In this document: one piece after another, positions 1 to 12,762 of the stretch | Numbering within the stretch: the first letter of the stretch is position 1 | Layout of the letters: each line of letters starts with the position of its first letter | Assembly: GCA_030264375.1 (NCBI GenBank) | Contig: JASCQW010000160.1 | Span: 16,564,934-16,628,933, forward strand | Length of the DNA stretch: 64,000 bases | Reading direction: 5' to 3' | From: Carcharhinus longimanus | Lineage: Eukaryota | The notes under the pieces: model-generated | Databases searched by the model: none | Told to the model about the DNA's origin: nothing | What the model saw: only the letters and a program-made list of their open reading frames with translations | Translations under genes and position numbers: made by a program

Positions 1-105
1 GAAGTCCATCTGCCACTTCTCCGCCCAGTCTTGCATCCTATCTATGTCATGCTGCAACTTCTGACATCCCTCCAGACTATCCACAACACCACCAGCCTTC
101 GTATC
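1..105 (-). mobile_element. CR1 LINE RT fragment
   Basis: Minus translation DTKAGGVVDSLEGCQKLQHDIDRMQDWAEKWQMDF, typical of CR1 ORF2 after the FADD motif. Confidence 0.85.
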
Positions 106-344
106 GCTAACCTTTGTATTAACGTAACAGCACAGGGTTCGATCTCCATTCTGGCTGAAGGGCCTGCCTTCTTGCCCTACTTGGTAGTAAAAAAATCACG
201 GCGCTTAGCTTTAGGCAGGGAACTCAAGAAGAAGAAGCATAGCCTTGTTTTGCATTTGGTAAAGGATGTCTGGTTGTGTGTGAATCACACATCAAAATAA
301 AATATACATTTTTAAAAATCCCAACATTCCCACTGAATGCTACC

Positions 345-770
345 CGTGACTCACATGATAATAGTCTCATATCTGAATCACAAGGTACCAGTGCAGGTTC
401 CACTCAAGTTCATACTCGAGCATGAACACCCACGCCAAAATTTTAGCACAGTGCTGAGGATGTCCTGCACTGTCACAGGTGAGGTTAAACTGAGGCACGA
501 TTTGCTTGCTTGGGTGGTTGCAAAAACCCAAAGGCACTTGAATGCAGAAGACCAGTCAATTATCCCTTCAGCCCTGGTCAATATTTACCCCTCAATAAAC
601 TTCACAAAAAATAGGATTATCTGGTCAAGTTATTTCAGGAGATTGCTGTGCATAAATTGGCTGCTATATTTCTTCCATTACAATGACTACACTTTCAAAG
701 AATTTTATTGGCCATAAAGCACTTTGAGAGAGCGGTAGGGGTCAAAGGTACAAATGCAGATCTTTCTTTT
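345..770 (+). mobile_element. DeuSINE (SacSINE1/AmnSINE1-like)
   Basis: Deu-domain-like blocks (ctgcactgtc, ctggtcaatatttacccctcaa, gattatctggtca, ttgctgtgcataaattggctgct) and a tail aaagcactttg...aaatgcagatctttcttt. Confidence 0.8.
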
Positions 771-1245
771 GTATAAAACGTAATAAAATACCAACATGGA
801 AGACAGTGCAAAGTGAATTGTCACCAATGGGAATTGTGGACTTGAGGGGCAATACATAATAGTACGCACTGTCTTTTAAAAAATACTTGTCTGTACTGCA
901 AGGATGAAGATTGTCTAGGAACACACTCAAACTACTTCAGTGATGCTGCAGTTATGCCACAATCAAGTGTGCTCCTGCGCTCCCAGTCATCTGTAATCTT
1001 TATCTCAATCTGATGAATACTTACCCGACAACAGGTAGCCACTGTTCTGAAGACACTTCTGTGTTTATTATTTGAGCACTTCAAATGTGCATATTATCAG
1101 AACTATATAATCCCTAATAAAGCTGAAGAGCCATTTATCTACAAGGAGCAATCACACAGGTTGTGAAATCAAGTCCTGAATTGTATTCTATCTGCAGTTA
1201 GCATATAAAGCTTCTTATATTCAAATGTAGCAAAGTAAAAATGAA

Positions 1246-1520
1246 AAGTTTATTTATTAGTCACAAGTAGGTTTACATTAACACAGCAATGAAGTTACTG
1301 TGAAAATTCTCTAGGTTCCCACATTCTGGCGCCCGTTTCAGATGCACCGAGGGAGAATTTAGCATGGCCAATGCAGGTCTTTCAGGTGGTGGGAGGAAAC
1401 TCACGCAGACACAGAGAGAACGTGTAGACTCTGCACATATAGTGACCCAAGCTGGGAATCAAACCCATTTCCCTGGCATTCTGAGGCAGTAGTGCTAACA
1501 ACTGTGCCACCGTGCTGCCC
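1246..1520 (-). mobile_element. HE1/V-SINE-type tRNA SINE
   Basis: Head GGGCAGCACGGTGGCACAG with A/B boxes on the minus strand; tail cctacttgtgactaataaataaactt. Confidence 0.9.
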
Positions 1521-1949
1521 CAAAGAATCTTTGGGATGTATTTAGGATAATATGTCACATTCATGCACCAATACACTATGCTGATGCAGTCCCTGGGAAT
1601 TGGCTCACACAATAACTTCACATCTATAATTCCACACTCCACAATGTGTCAGCTGTGTCAATCTAGGGAGATATTAAGCAAAGGAACAATTCTTATTTCT
1701 GGGAGAGTGCTGAAATCAACTGGGGAAGGTGCCCTTGGCTCCTCTGTTGCAACTTCTCATGTTATGCTGTTAGCATAGACACAGCTCTGAAAGCCACACA
1801 ACTGACAGATATTATTGGAACCCCAAAGAGAATCGTTGTAGGAAACTGAAATTGGCTCATCAGATAAAGGTTTATGTTTATTAGGGACTTTGTGACCTCT
1901 AAAAAGGTTCACACAATTACTATTTTAAAAAGGTCAGTCATTTAATATG

Positions 1950-2262
1950 AAGGCAAATAGGACAGTCTTTATAACAAGATTGTCTTCCATGGTAGGATCT
2001 CACAGCCATCAATTAGTTCAACAGTCATCTGTTGCTAGTAACGCTTAAGACCACTGGTCAGCACACTTAGGGCATTTGTGCCCCAGGATCTTTAATATCC
2101 ACTTGATCCATCGGAACAAGCAGACATGGCCTCATTTTAATAGCTCATATAATAAACCTTTGGGCCATCAGCCTTGATGAGTGCATAAAATCCTGGAGCA
2201 GGACTTGAAATCCACTATCTGGTGACTTAGAGATCAATCTCATACCAACTGAGCTGACTGAC
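1950..2262 (-). mobile_element. Degenerate DeuSINE with tRNA head
   Basis: Minus-strand head tcagctcagttggt...gatttcaagtcc followed by a diverged Deu domain. Confidence 0.6.
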
Positions 2263-3294
2263 ATATTTGTGAAGGTGACATTAGATGGAATCACTAAATC
2301 CAGAAATCGAGCTTTTGAAAACAAAGAATATAAATTTCCTGTTTGGCCACTTTTTCAGCTGTTGAGTGACTTGGGTATCTCATAACAACTCATCACAAGG
2401 GAATTAATGATATCCCCTGATTACACTTCCAGGAGACCCGAGACAGTCATTGCACACTTATATATGTAAAATCGACATTATTTAGACAGTCGCACAATAG
2501 TCTAGGAGACACTTGACTTTGTTTGTAACTTAACAGCTGTCCATATCTGTAATTGAACTCAACACCCTTGTCACATCACAAATGCAACATACTGTAGAAA
2601 GGTATTCACATTCTCAAACGAATTTGTTTCATCTTCTCCACTACTCATTGCTACTGAATATCCTACATTGTCTCATTCAGTGAATTAATTTTTCCAACGT
2701 GTGGTTTTAGTGGATGGATTTTGTAAAATTTATCTCTCAGCAATGACTTGAGCAATTATATGAAAGTTCTTTTTCCTCACACACATTGATAAGTCAATTA
2801 AATGATAATATTGCTTTTCTAGGCAGCAATGTCATTTTTCAAAAATAGGACATGCTTGACTTCAAAGTAGCTCGGTTGATGGCCTCTGTCTCTGCACAGT
2901 TCATCTTCCTGTTTTAAAATCAGGTAACAAACATGACTGACTCACTAATGTGACCTGCTGAAGTCTCTTTTCCAAATAAGCTCAGTGCTCATATCAATAA
3001 ATATCCTGTTTGTTGGTTAACACTTTGAAATTTATCTGGCCTGGGTTTGGATGAAGGACCTCAGGATCCAATGGGAGCTCAATGGGGACCAATTCACATT
3101 CATCCAATGCATATTGAGTTTCAATATGTTTTTTGTTCATAATAAATGAAAAGATGAATCAGTTGGAATGTTACAGCCGATTTGTTGATTTCTATCCTTA
3201 AACAAATGGATGTGAGAGTTTCCTAAATGGCATGAGTACCCATATTTAATTAGGTATTGGACTAAATAGCTGATAATGCTAAAGTTCACATGAT

Positions 3295-3925
3295 TTATAT
3301 TAGTGGTGAACTGCATTCTTGAACTGCTGCAGTCCACGTGGTTTCAGGATTTTGACCTAGTGACAGTGAAAAACAGCGATATAATTCCACATCAGTTCCC
3401 ATGCATCTGCTGGCCTTACCATACAAGGTAATAGAGTTCACAGATTTGGAAGGTAACTGCAGAAAGAGCCCTGGTGAGTTGCTGTAGTGGATCTTATAGA
3501 TGGTATATACATTATTGCCACTTTGCATCAGTGATGGGGGGAGTGAATATTGAAGGTGGTGAATAGGGTGACAATAAAGCAGACTGCTTTGTCCTGGATG
3601 GTAGGTATCAAACTTCTTCAATATTGTTGGAGCTGCAGTCACCTAGTCAAGTGGAGAGTGGTGAACAGGCTTTGGATAGTCAGGAGGTGCGTTACTCTCA
3701 GCAAAGTTCCCAGCCTCGGATCTGCTCTTGTAGCCCCAGTAATTAAATGGTTGGTCCATCCAGTTCAGTTTCTGGTCAAAGATGTTGATAGTGAAGGATT
3801 TTGCAATGGTAATGCATGTTGAAAGTCAAAGCAAGATTGTTAGATTCTCTTGTTGGGAGATAGTCATTGCCTAGAACTTAAGTGGCATGAATATTACTTG
3901 GCACTTATCAGCCCAAGACTGAATC
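3295..3925 (-). mobile_element. CR1/L2-clade LINE 3' fragment
   Basis: Antisense copy of the family at 19880-20815 and 35290-36065. Confidence 0.8.
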
Positions 3926-4241
3926 TTTTAGGTGGGTGAATCACACCTGGCAGACGCTGCCAATGACAGTGGAAAACACTTTGGTTTTCCTGCCAGTATG
4001 AGCACTTAACCTCAAAATGGGAGAATTGGACCTATTAAGTTTGTTGCGGCAGGAAAGCACTTTCCTCTTCATTTTGTATAATTATACAATCTGTAAATGA
4101 TTACAACACTGGCATTTTAATAAATTTGAATATCCTGTCATGAAAAAGACAAAAACATTGAAATGGTCATGTCTACTCTTTGGAGTGATGTTTATAGAAG
4201 TAAGGACCCCGGAGAGCTCAGTACCTTGGACACTATCTTAC

Positions 4242-4393
4242 CTATGCACCACAAAAAGGAAGTCCTTTTTTTCTGTCATCCTCAAACATAGCAGCAGCAT
4301 CACCACAATGAGAGAAACATGGCGAAAGGCATTCTTCGACAAGTGTGCTTTTTTTTTTATAAGTAAGAAGCTTTCAACAAAGGGCTTATTCAT
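4242..4393 (-). CDS. Candidate alternative first coding exon of GRAMD1B (50 aa + AG, phase 2)
   Basis: ATG-initiated open frame MNKPFVESFLLIKKKAHLSKNAFRHVSLIVVMLLLCLRMTEKKDFLFVVH ending AG|GTAAGA, in the same phase as the 60364 exon and in non-repeat DNA. No homology recognised. Confidence 0.45.
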
Positions 4394-7300
4394 ACTGTTT
4401 GAAACAGCTTCATGTGTTCTTAAGTTTTGACCAAACTCGGGAAACTGTTTGAAATTTTACTGGTTAGGTTATGCATCAAGTTTCCAGTAAAATTCATTTG
4501 CATCACAAGTGTGATATTTCCATGAACTTCTTGGAATTCAACAGTATAACAGAAGACTGTCATGAATGTCATTTTTCTTTCTATTAACATTCTTTGATGT
4601 ATTTAAGAGTCATAACATGGCAGATTTCTTTTAATACAGCTAAAAATATTTTTTATTCACCATGTTCTTTTACTAAGAATATCTAACCTGAATAGCTAGA
4701 TTTAAAAATTGCTGGAAATTATTTGAAGAAAGTTATATTGAAGTACTAGTTTCAATGATGTGCCCTAATCAGTTTCTTATAAGTTGAATATTTTTGACCC
4801 ATAGTTATTTTAAAACATGCCACTTGTTTATAAGAAAATAAACAAAAATTGAAGAGCCTTCCCAATCAGTGCAGTTTACAGAATCTTTGCAGTGCCAACC
4901 TGGGGACATAGCCAGTTTTGAGAGTGGGGCCTGATTTGAGCAAAGTAAATCTTGAACCAACATAAAATATTACAGGAAACATGAGGGAGAGTGGCTTCAG
5001 GCTCAATTAGCCCTGCTTTTAAATTCTCTGATTCAATCTGGATTATGCTGATTCTCTGATTCAATCTGGATTATGCCATTTTGAGTAACAAAATGGTGAA
5101 AATTATTCCCTGATGTCTTTAACACCATTATGGCTAAATCAGGTTAATGATTACTGCTCTGTTTCTGATAACCTGGAGATGGATGTTCAGTATGTAAATA
5201 ACATAGTGATAAATGAAAGCGGCTGGACAAACCCAACACTCATCAATGCACTGCACATATTGTCCACATGAATTCCAGTCTCTCTAAGTGCATTCACTAA
5301 GATGGAAGGAGTTTTCAGAGCTCTGCTTTTGCCTCTAATCACTGAACATAATTGGCAACATTCCCTCCAACCCCATCACACAGTATAATACCATCATCAA
5401 GAAATGTTTACTTCAGTTCTTGATACATTTATACTTCTCATGACACTAGGAATCTCAGCAAATTCTGCTTTATATGATGTGAAAATATACTCAACATTGC
5501 TGTGACAAAACTTAAATTTTCTTTAAATATTTTTGACTTAGCCATCCTGATTTTAAATTAAATTTAATATATAAAGTATTTTAAACATAAAGTCAGCCAC
5601 AGCCAGAATTGTTTGCTAAACTTAACTTGACACAAATGCAAAGCTTAAGGGAAAAGCCAGAGTATATGATTTATTAACCATATGTGTAACAACCAGTAAT
5701 TTCAGAATGCTATTCTGATGCAGAACGCACTGGTAATTGTTGGCAAAAATATTTCAGAAACTGTCATCCAGTTCTGCTATTGGAAGAAATACAAAATATA
5801 ACAAGGATATGCCAAAAAGAATCATTTAGTGTTAAGATTATACCTTATACCAAGGAGGTAGACAGAAGTATTTCTACATCACTTAGTTGTTCACCTATTC
5901 ATCTTTTGGAATACAAAGTTATTTAATTTAAAATCAGATCTGAATTTGGATATTGATGGCTCATTGAAAACAGGTCAGACAGTCCATGGGGCAACCTTAG
6001 CAATTAAACTATGAATGAAAAGGTTATTCTGCTCATTATCCTGGGGCTTATTGCCAAAAGGTAGATATTATGGCTTTTGGAGGTGGTCACAAAGGGAGAT
6101 TAAGTGAATTGAAACTCATGATAGTGATTTATCGCAAGTCAAAACAAGCACAATCTTTTTGTGGATTCTAACCCATACTCATGCTGTAGTAAACACAAAC
6201 TTCAGATAGAGAATAATCAGTACATTATGCAGCAATACCACCTTTACCCCCACCTCCAAATCTGTACTTTATCCATGAAGATCAATACAAGGACCTCATT
6301 TGGCACTGGGGTGAGGGTCCTAACTCCCTCTTCTGATCATTAAATTATATGACTTTCCACTCAACAGATTTCCTGTGGACATTATATTTTGTTTGCTCAC
6401 TTTGTGCTTTAACTCCAATTTCAAAAGAGGCATTGCACTTTTTTCTTCAGGGTTTGTGTAAATCATTATCAGAACCAGGTATGATGGAACGTGAAACCAC
6501 ATCACTAAAGTGGTGGGAGTTTTAATCTGAGTTTTTAAACCAACAGTTCCCTCACTTCCGAGCAGAGCTGAAAATGGATAGGGAACTAAAAGTGTAGCTA
6601 ATAAATACAACTAGTTTTTCAGAAAACTATCTGTTTTCTGGAGATCTGTTATATTAGTTCAGTTCAAATTTCAACACGAGGTATTGAGGCCTACTTTGAT
6701 TAAATAGTCTGAACGGCAATTTTATACAGTCTACTTCTTTTGGTGCAAAGACATGTTTGTATCAATTGAATTATTTACAAATTCACATTGTCTAATTTAA
6801 ATTGCAATGGTAGCTTTTCGGTGCTAAAGCAATCGTCGCATTAATCAATAATCTGAATTAAATGTAATTAGATTAACAGGAGTAGGCTGTAGTACAACTA
6901 GGCCCATAACTGGTTAAAGGATAACCCACCAAGCCCTACTTTGAGTGAGACTGAAAGAAGTCCATTTGGCATCACTCTCTATCAGATACTTCTATTTGTC
7001 TGCTATGTTCAATACAATGAAATGCAAGACAGATGCTGTCCTGAATGAAGAATAAAACCCTGAGCATCTGACTCATTTGATTCTCTCAATTACGTGGTTA
7101 TCCTTTGTTCAGAACATTAAATATTCACATGCTCCTCCCATTGGTGAATTAGCTCAGTTCATGTCACCTATCAATTCTATTATCATTTTTATGCTGAGTT
7201 TACAGTCGAAAACAATAGCTTCTTCCTGTGAATCTAGTGCTGAAAACTACTGCAGTCATTTATTAAATTGACTACTGATCTAAAACAAGTGATGAATTAT

Positions 7301-7472
7301 TTTCAGCAAACTAAATAGGAGCCATTCATGTGCATCCATAGTAATTAAAATATACTGCAGCAAAAAGGGCAATCGTGTTCGGAAAAACAATAATCTCTAC
7401 AGTTTTGCAAAAGTGATAATAGGATATGTTAAGTTTTGATTTATTATTATTTTATATATGGGCTTTATATGG

Positions 7473-7772
7473 GGTGGTACGGAGGCACAGTGGTTAGCAT
7501 GGCTGTCTCAGTGCCAGGAACACAGGTCCAATTCCAGTTTGGGTCACTGTGTGGAGTTTGCACATTCTCCCTGTGTCTGTGTGGGTTTCTTTCAGGGGCT
7601 CCGGTTTCCTCCCACAGTTGGGAAGGCGTGCTGGTTACGTGCACTGGCCTCGCTAAATTTTCCCTCAGTGTACCCGAAGTAGTTCTGGAGTTTGGCGACT
7701 AAGGGATTTGCACAGTAACTTCAATGCAGTGTTAATATAAGCCTACTTGTGACACTAATAAATAAACTAAAA
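7473..7772 (+). mobile_element. HE1/V-SINE-type SINE with TSD TATATGG
   Basis: Head ggcacagtggttagca, V-domain gtggagtttgcacattctccc, same tail as 1246-1520. TATATGG occurs at 7466-7472 and 7773-7779. Confidence 0.9.
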
Positions 7773-8861
7773 TATATGGATCTCCAGATCCCAGATGGGT
7801 TATGGCAATTGATTCTATCTTAAACCATTTAATCCTGAAGTGTTAAGTATCCCTTAGCAATTTTCAAAATATTTGTTTAACAAGGCATTGGAGTAAGTTG
7901 CCAGCAAGATTTATAATTTTTCATTTGTACTCAAATGCTACTTCAATCCTCACAAGGTGACTTAGATCTTAAATAAGATTCTGGCTTCATAAAGATGATT
8001 TTGCACATCTTATTTTATTTGGGCAAAAAAGCACATCACCCTGACCATTTAGGGACTGGTCATTTTAATTTGACATAGACCAAAAGGCCAACTTGATCCA
8101 TCATGCACATTATTATCCATCTGACAAGTTAGGACATACATTGGGGTTTTACACTAACCTGCCAGCAGGACTGGGGAGAGGGGGTGGTGGCAGCCTAACT
8201 GCCTGTTCAGCCTCTTAATTTTTAAGGTGCGGCATTTGGTAGCTCATCTGCCCTTGTGCCTATTGTGGCCCTTAAATGACAAATTGGATGTCCACTTTTT
8301 GGCCTTATCCTATCTCCAATTTTTGCCCACTGCAAGGTGGCCCATTTCATGTGGGAGCTCAGCAGTTTTATCTGGTAACTCTATTTTGGGACCAATGGAA
8401 ACAACCTCCAAAACTCCAAGGTTGAGGACTACTTGTAGTCATGGCTCTCAACTGACAAGAAACTGGACATTGGTTGAATTGATTGCACTCAATATCCACA
8501 CACGTCCACTATTAGGAGCAGTAACCCTTGGCAACTTGACCCGCTCTAGCCAGGAAACAGGAAATTTAAATCCACTACCCAGTTGAGATGACTGTGGCCA
8601 AGGGTTAAAGATGGAAGTATTTGAGCATGTGTAATTCAGTAGAAGTACCAATCACCTACAAGAGCTGAATTGCTCAATGTGCTTGTAATCCTTTCTTACT
8701 TCATTCTTTTCCTTTCTTTGATTTCCCAAATCACTAACTTCAGAACAGATCTGTGAAACCTGCTTTCATACCTTTGTCAACGTGTGCTTAAATTGGGTTG
8801 CATAATAGTAACATAGGGGTGATATGCAGATTGATTGCTTATTCAGCCATTAGAAAATTCT

Positions 8862-9064
8862 GGCCAAAATTCTCTGGCTGTTCATGCTGGCTGGATTCTC
8901 TGGTCCCACCAATAGCGCAACCCTGGCTGTGGGTTTACTGCCAATGTGGGGTGATGTCAATGGAAATTCCCACCAACTGTGGCAGAGAATCTTGCCGCGA
9001 GCAAACAACGTGCTACCTCCCACTGGCATAAAACATAAGGCTGGGAGGGTGGAGAATCTCGTCC
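8862..9064. mobile_element. Short Harbinger-like MITE
   Basis: Imperfect TIRs ggccaaaattctct / ggagaatctcgtcc, similar to the ends of 46914-47928. Confidence 0.6.
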
Positions 9065-9466
9065 AGTATTGCATTCACTACCTCCCTCCAAAATAATGGA
9101 GGTCTGAGATTGGAAACATCACGATCATTCAATGATAAAAATCAGCTCCAATGAAGTCCAACCCATTGGTGTTTCAATCCATTTTAGTTTCCATAGGAAA
9201 ATGGATTCAAATCAGTTGATTTCATCATTCAGCTAATATTTTTTAGCCTACATGAAGTAATACTGTCTCTTTTAAATACACTGAGTAACAGTTCCTCCAA
9301 ATCCATTCCCTCCTAATAAGGACAGCATTAATAAGTAGACAATTCTCTTAATGATATTCAGATTTGAAATTGAAGCTTCCATCCTATTATTCCAGCTTTT
9401 CATGTCCATTACTCAAATCAATCCAAATTCTCAGACAGAGAATATAAAGCACAGACATGTCTGTGA

Positions 9467-9552
9467 GGCCAGAACTCTCCATTCATCTGACGAAGAGGGA
9501 AACCTCGAAAGCTTGTGCGTTTACTATCAAATAAATCGGTTGGACTAAAACC
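9467..9552 (+). mobile_element. Penelope-like terminal fragment with minimal hammerhead ribozyme motif
   Basis: cat-CTGACGA-a-GAGG-gaaa-CCTC-GAAA-gc-TT-gtg followed by caaataaa. Paralog at 38369-38507. Confidence 0.7.
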
Positions 9553-10573
9553 AGAAGCCTTATGCCCAGAATCAAGGCATTAAAAACTGTCTTGTAGATT
9601 TCAAAAGCCAGTCAGCATCTTGTGTGCTAATCACATTTAGTGGCTCTAAGTCTTTTCAATTTATTCTTCATCAATCCAAACTTAGCAGAATGTCACAGAT
9701 CCTTCACTAGACAGAAACAAAACAAAAACAGGACCAACAAAAAATACATTTGCCCTGGAATGAAAGGGAGGAATCTGTGTCAAGGAGCAGCTGTGCTGAA
9801 AGATTAGATGAAAAGCAGACTTGGTAGATAAATAAGTATTGGTCTTAACAAACTCGTTAGTACTGGATAAAAATAAATTCACTATTCCATTACGGGAAAT
9901 AAATTTTGATGTGCAAATTTTATCACAGAGTGTGTTGCAATGAAATGTTCCTAACAATATTCAATCCACATCTTCACTTGATAGTCAGAATCTCGAAGAG
10001 GGCGAAACCATGGATTTAGTTGTAGTAATTGACAAATCACTAAATGCAGGTCTGATTCAAAGGGAGCTCCTCAAGATTTTGCTCCCTCAATCACATAAAT
10101 AAGAAACAAATAAGTCATTTTATAGTCAAGAAAATAATAAAAAGGGCATCATACATTCTTCAAATCTATGAATAAAAATCAAGACTCAGTTCTAGTTGAT
10201 ACTCTTGAAGTCAAAGCTCAAATGATCAAGATAAGTTTTTCATGCATGCAAAGGACAATATTTTATGACTATTCACATCATTTATTTTGTCAGTTAAGAT
10301 CATTCTGAACCCAAAGAAGCCCAAATAAGCTTAATAAATAGATATAAAGTGGACAAACCTAGTTGCCTTTTGAGTGACATCATTAATTTCAGTGTCAGTG
10401 ATGCAGCACATTATGCCTCTCTAAGCAAAAGATGTAAACGGGTGACATAATGACCTATATCAAAACTACATGAACTTGACACTTTCTCTCAATATTATTA
10501 TGAGAAAATGACTCTCAAAGAAACTGCAAAAACTTTGCATGGCAACAGCACATGCTTAACAGAGCTACGGTTT

Positions 10574-10912
10574 CATAGAATAGAATCCCTACACTGCAGA
10601 ATAGGCCATTTGGCCCATCAAGTCTGCACCTATTCTCTGACAGAGTGTCTTACCCATACTCTCTCCTCCATCCTATTCCTGCAATCTCACTCATTTACCA
10701 TGGCTAATCCCATCTAACCCTATACATCTTGGGACACTAAGGGGCAATTTAACATGGCCAACCCACCTAACTTACACATCTTTAGACTGAGGGAGGAAAC
10801 CAGAGCACCTAGAGGAAACCCACACAGACATGGGAGAATCTGCAAACTCCACACAGTTACTCAAGGACGGATTTGAACCCAGGTCCCTGGTGCTGTAAGG
10901 CAGCAGTGTTAG
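10574..10912 (-). mobile_element. HE1 SINE with HER1/CR1-type tail
   Basis: The + strand shows the tail catagaatagaatccctacactgcagaataggcc, the V-domain and the B-box complement tttgaaccc. Confidence 0.9.
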
Positions 10913-12557
10913 TCTAATAATATTTGAAGTTTAAAAATAATCATATTACTAACAGAACATTTAGTTCAGAAACAACACTCTGATACACTGGATGCTTCAT
11001 TAAATACAAGTCCCATCCTGGAGTCTTCAGAGGATTAAAACTCATAAAAGACAAGTCACAAGACATTTTAGGACTACATTTTCTTCGAGCAAAAGTATGG
11101 GTTCCACTTTTCTCATTTATGATTCTTTGAGAGTTGCTGCCATCAATTTAGAAGCAGGCAGAAGGTTATATACGGTTAAATTATACTGAGAATGACTAAG
11201 CATGTGCTCTATTCATCTGATAACTCTGGGCCCTCTGAACAATTCAGTTAATGCGCACTTGCTTTAAATTCAACTTTGTGATTCAGCTACAGCAGACCTT
11301 TTGGAGAAAAAAGATAGTTGAGCATTACTGAGATTGGAATGTCACACGATGGAAATTGAATATCCACTTAGAAGAGACTTTTCCTATGGTATTTTTGTGC
11401 AATTTTGCAGCACACTGAAGTAGTAAGCACAATATACATAAACCTGATTTATTTAAGGACATCAGACTGTCACCATGAAGCAGCTTCCTTTCTTAATTAC
11501 AGAAAGTTTTCTGACACAAACTGCCAAAATGATTCTAACTATGGCGCTGTATATGAAGGATTTTACATAAAATAGAACTTTTGATGCGAGAATTTCTCTG
11601 AATGGAAACAGCAATGGCTGATTCATGGTGCATTAAAATTGGGAAATTTTGATCCACAATGCATAGAAAATGCACCAAAATCTGGAAATGCATCTGAAAA
11701 TAATTCCCAGTCACCTATCAATTTCTGAGGCAAGCTTCCACAATAAGCTATATCACTAGACATACTCCACAGTACAAAATTCCTGAATTGATGATGTTCA
11801 AACACTTGTGTGCAACAATTAATGTGCAGAACTAAACACAATCTGCTGCCAAACATTACCTTCAGGCCTTACAGGATCACTTCTGTATAAAGTTTTGGTT
11901 CAGGTTTTGTTTTAGGGGCGACTTGCTGAGGGAATTCTATTGTTCAAAACTGACAATTGCTGGAGTTCACAGAAATTCTGATGACCAGGATATGGTGACC
12001 TGAAATTTCAGAGTTGGTTAGGAAGCAAGGCAAATTTATGAGCCTGACTTTCCACTGGCTCTCTAACATCAAATGAACACATCGAGGGAGTTCCCAGGTT
12101 CTCAAAGCAATTGTTCATTTTGTGTCCTTGGAAGACTTCAGCAGAATTCATGTAGGTTTAATGAGCCCCTCCACAAGTTTCCAAATCATTAGCACAGCAA
12201 AATAATCCATCCACTGCAAGCCTGATGGGAGTGCAAGTATCACTGCTTATGTGCCCTTGAAAATGACCCAATCCCTGGAATTTGTACAGGTCTCTGTTGT
12301 TTTTGGCAAGATCAGGCAGGGATTCCACTAGGGCTGTACTTACCAACACAGCAGAGCTCCAGGAATTTCCAGATACTATATTTAAGGTGCGAGCTGTGCT
12401 TCCTTTCATACTTTATGCTGATTTATGGCAAACTCACTACAACTCCTGCATATAAATCAATGGACTTTCCACTGCTATACACTATAAAAAAAGGATATGT
12501 GCAAGTTATATGTTTTTAAAATACTTACTTTTGTAGAAAATAGCTACCATTGCATTA

Positions 12558-12762
12558 TAGAAACATAGGAAGTAGGAGTATGCCATTCGAGCCTGCTCCA
12601 CCACTCATTTTGATCATGGCTGATCATCAAATTCAATATCCTGATTCCCCCCTTCCCCCCATATCCCTTGACCCCTTTAGCCCCAAGAGTTTTATCCAAT
12701 TTCTTCTTGAAATCAGACAATGTTTTGGCCTCAACTACTCTCTGCAGCAGTGAATTCCACTC
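12558..12762 (-). mobile_element. CR1 3' end
   Basis: tagaaacataggaagtaggagtatgccattcgagcctgctcc...; same family as 27718-28530. Confidence 0.85.

Noticed and set aside
1025-1100. Donor-like CGG|GTAAGT on the minus strand
   Set aside because: The phase-2 frame has an upstream stop and no ATG; nothing else supports an exon.
1440-1520. tRNA genes
   Set aside because: All A/B-box sequences seen are SINE heads without a complete cloverleaf.
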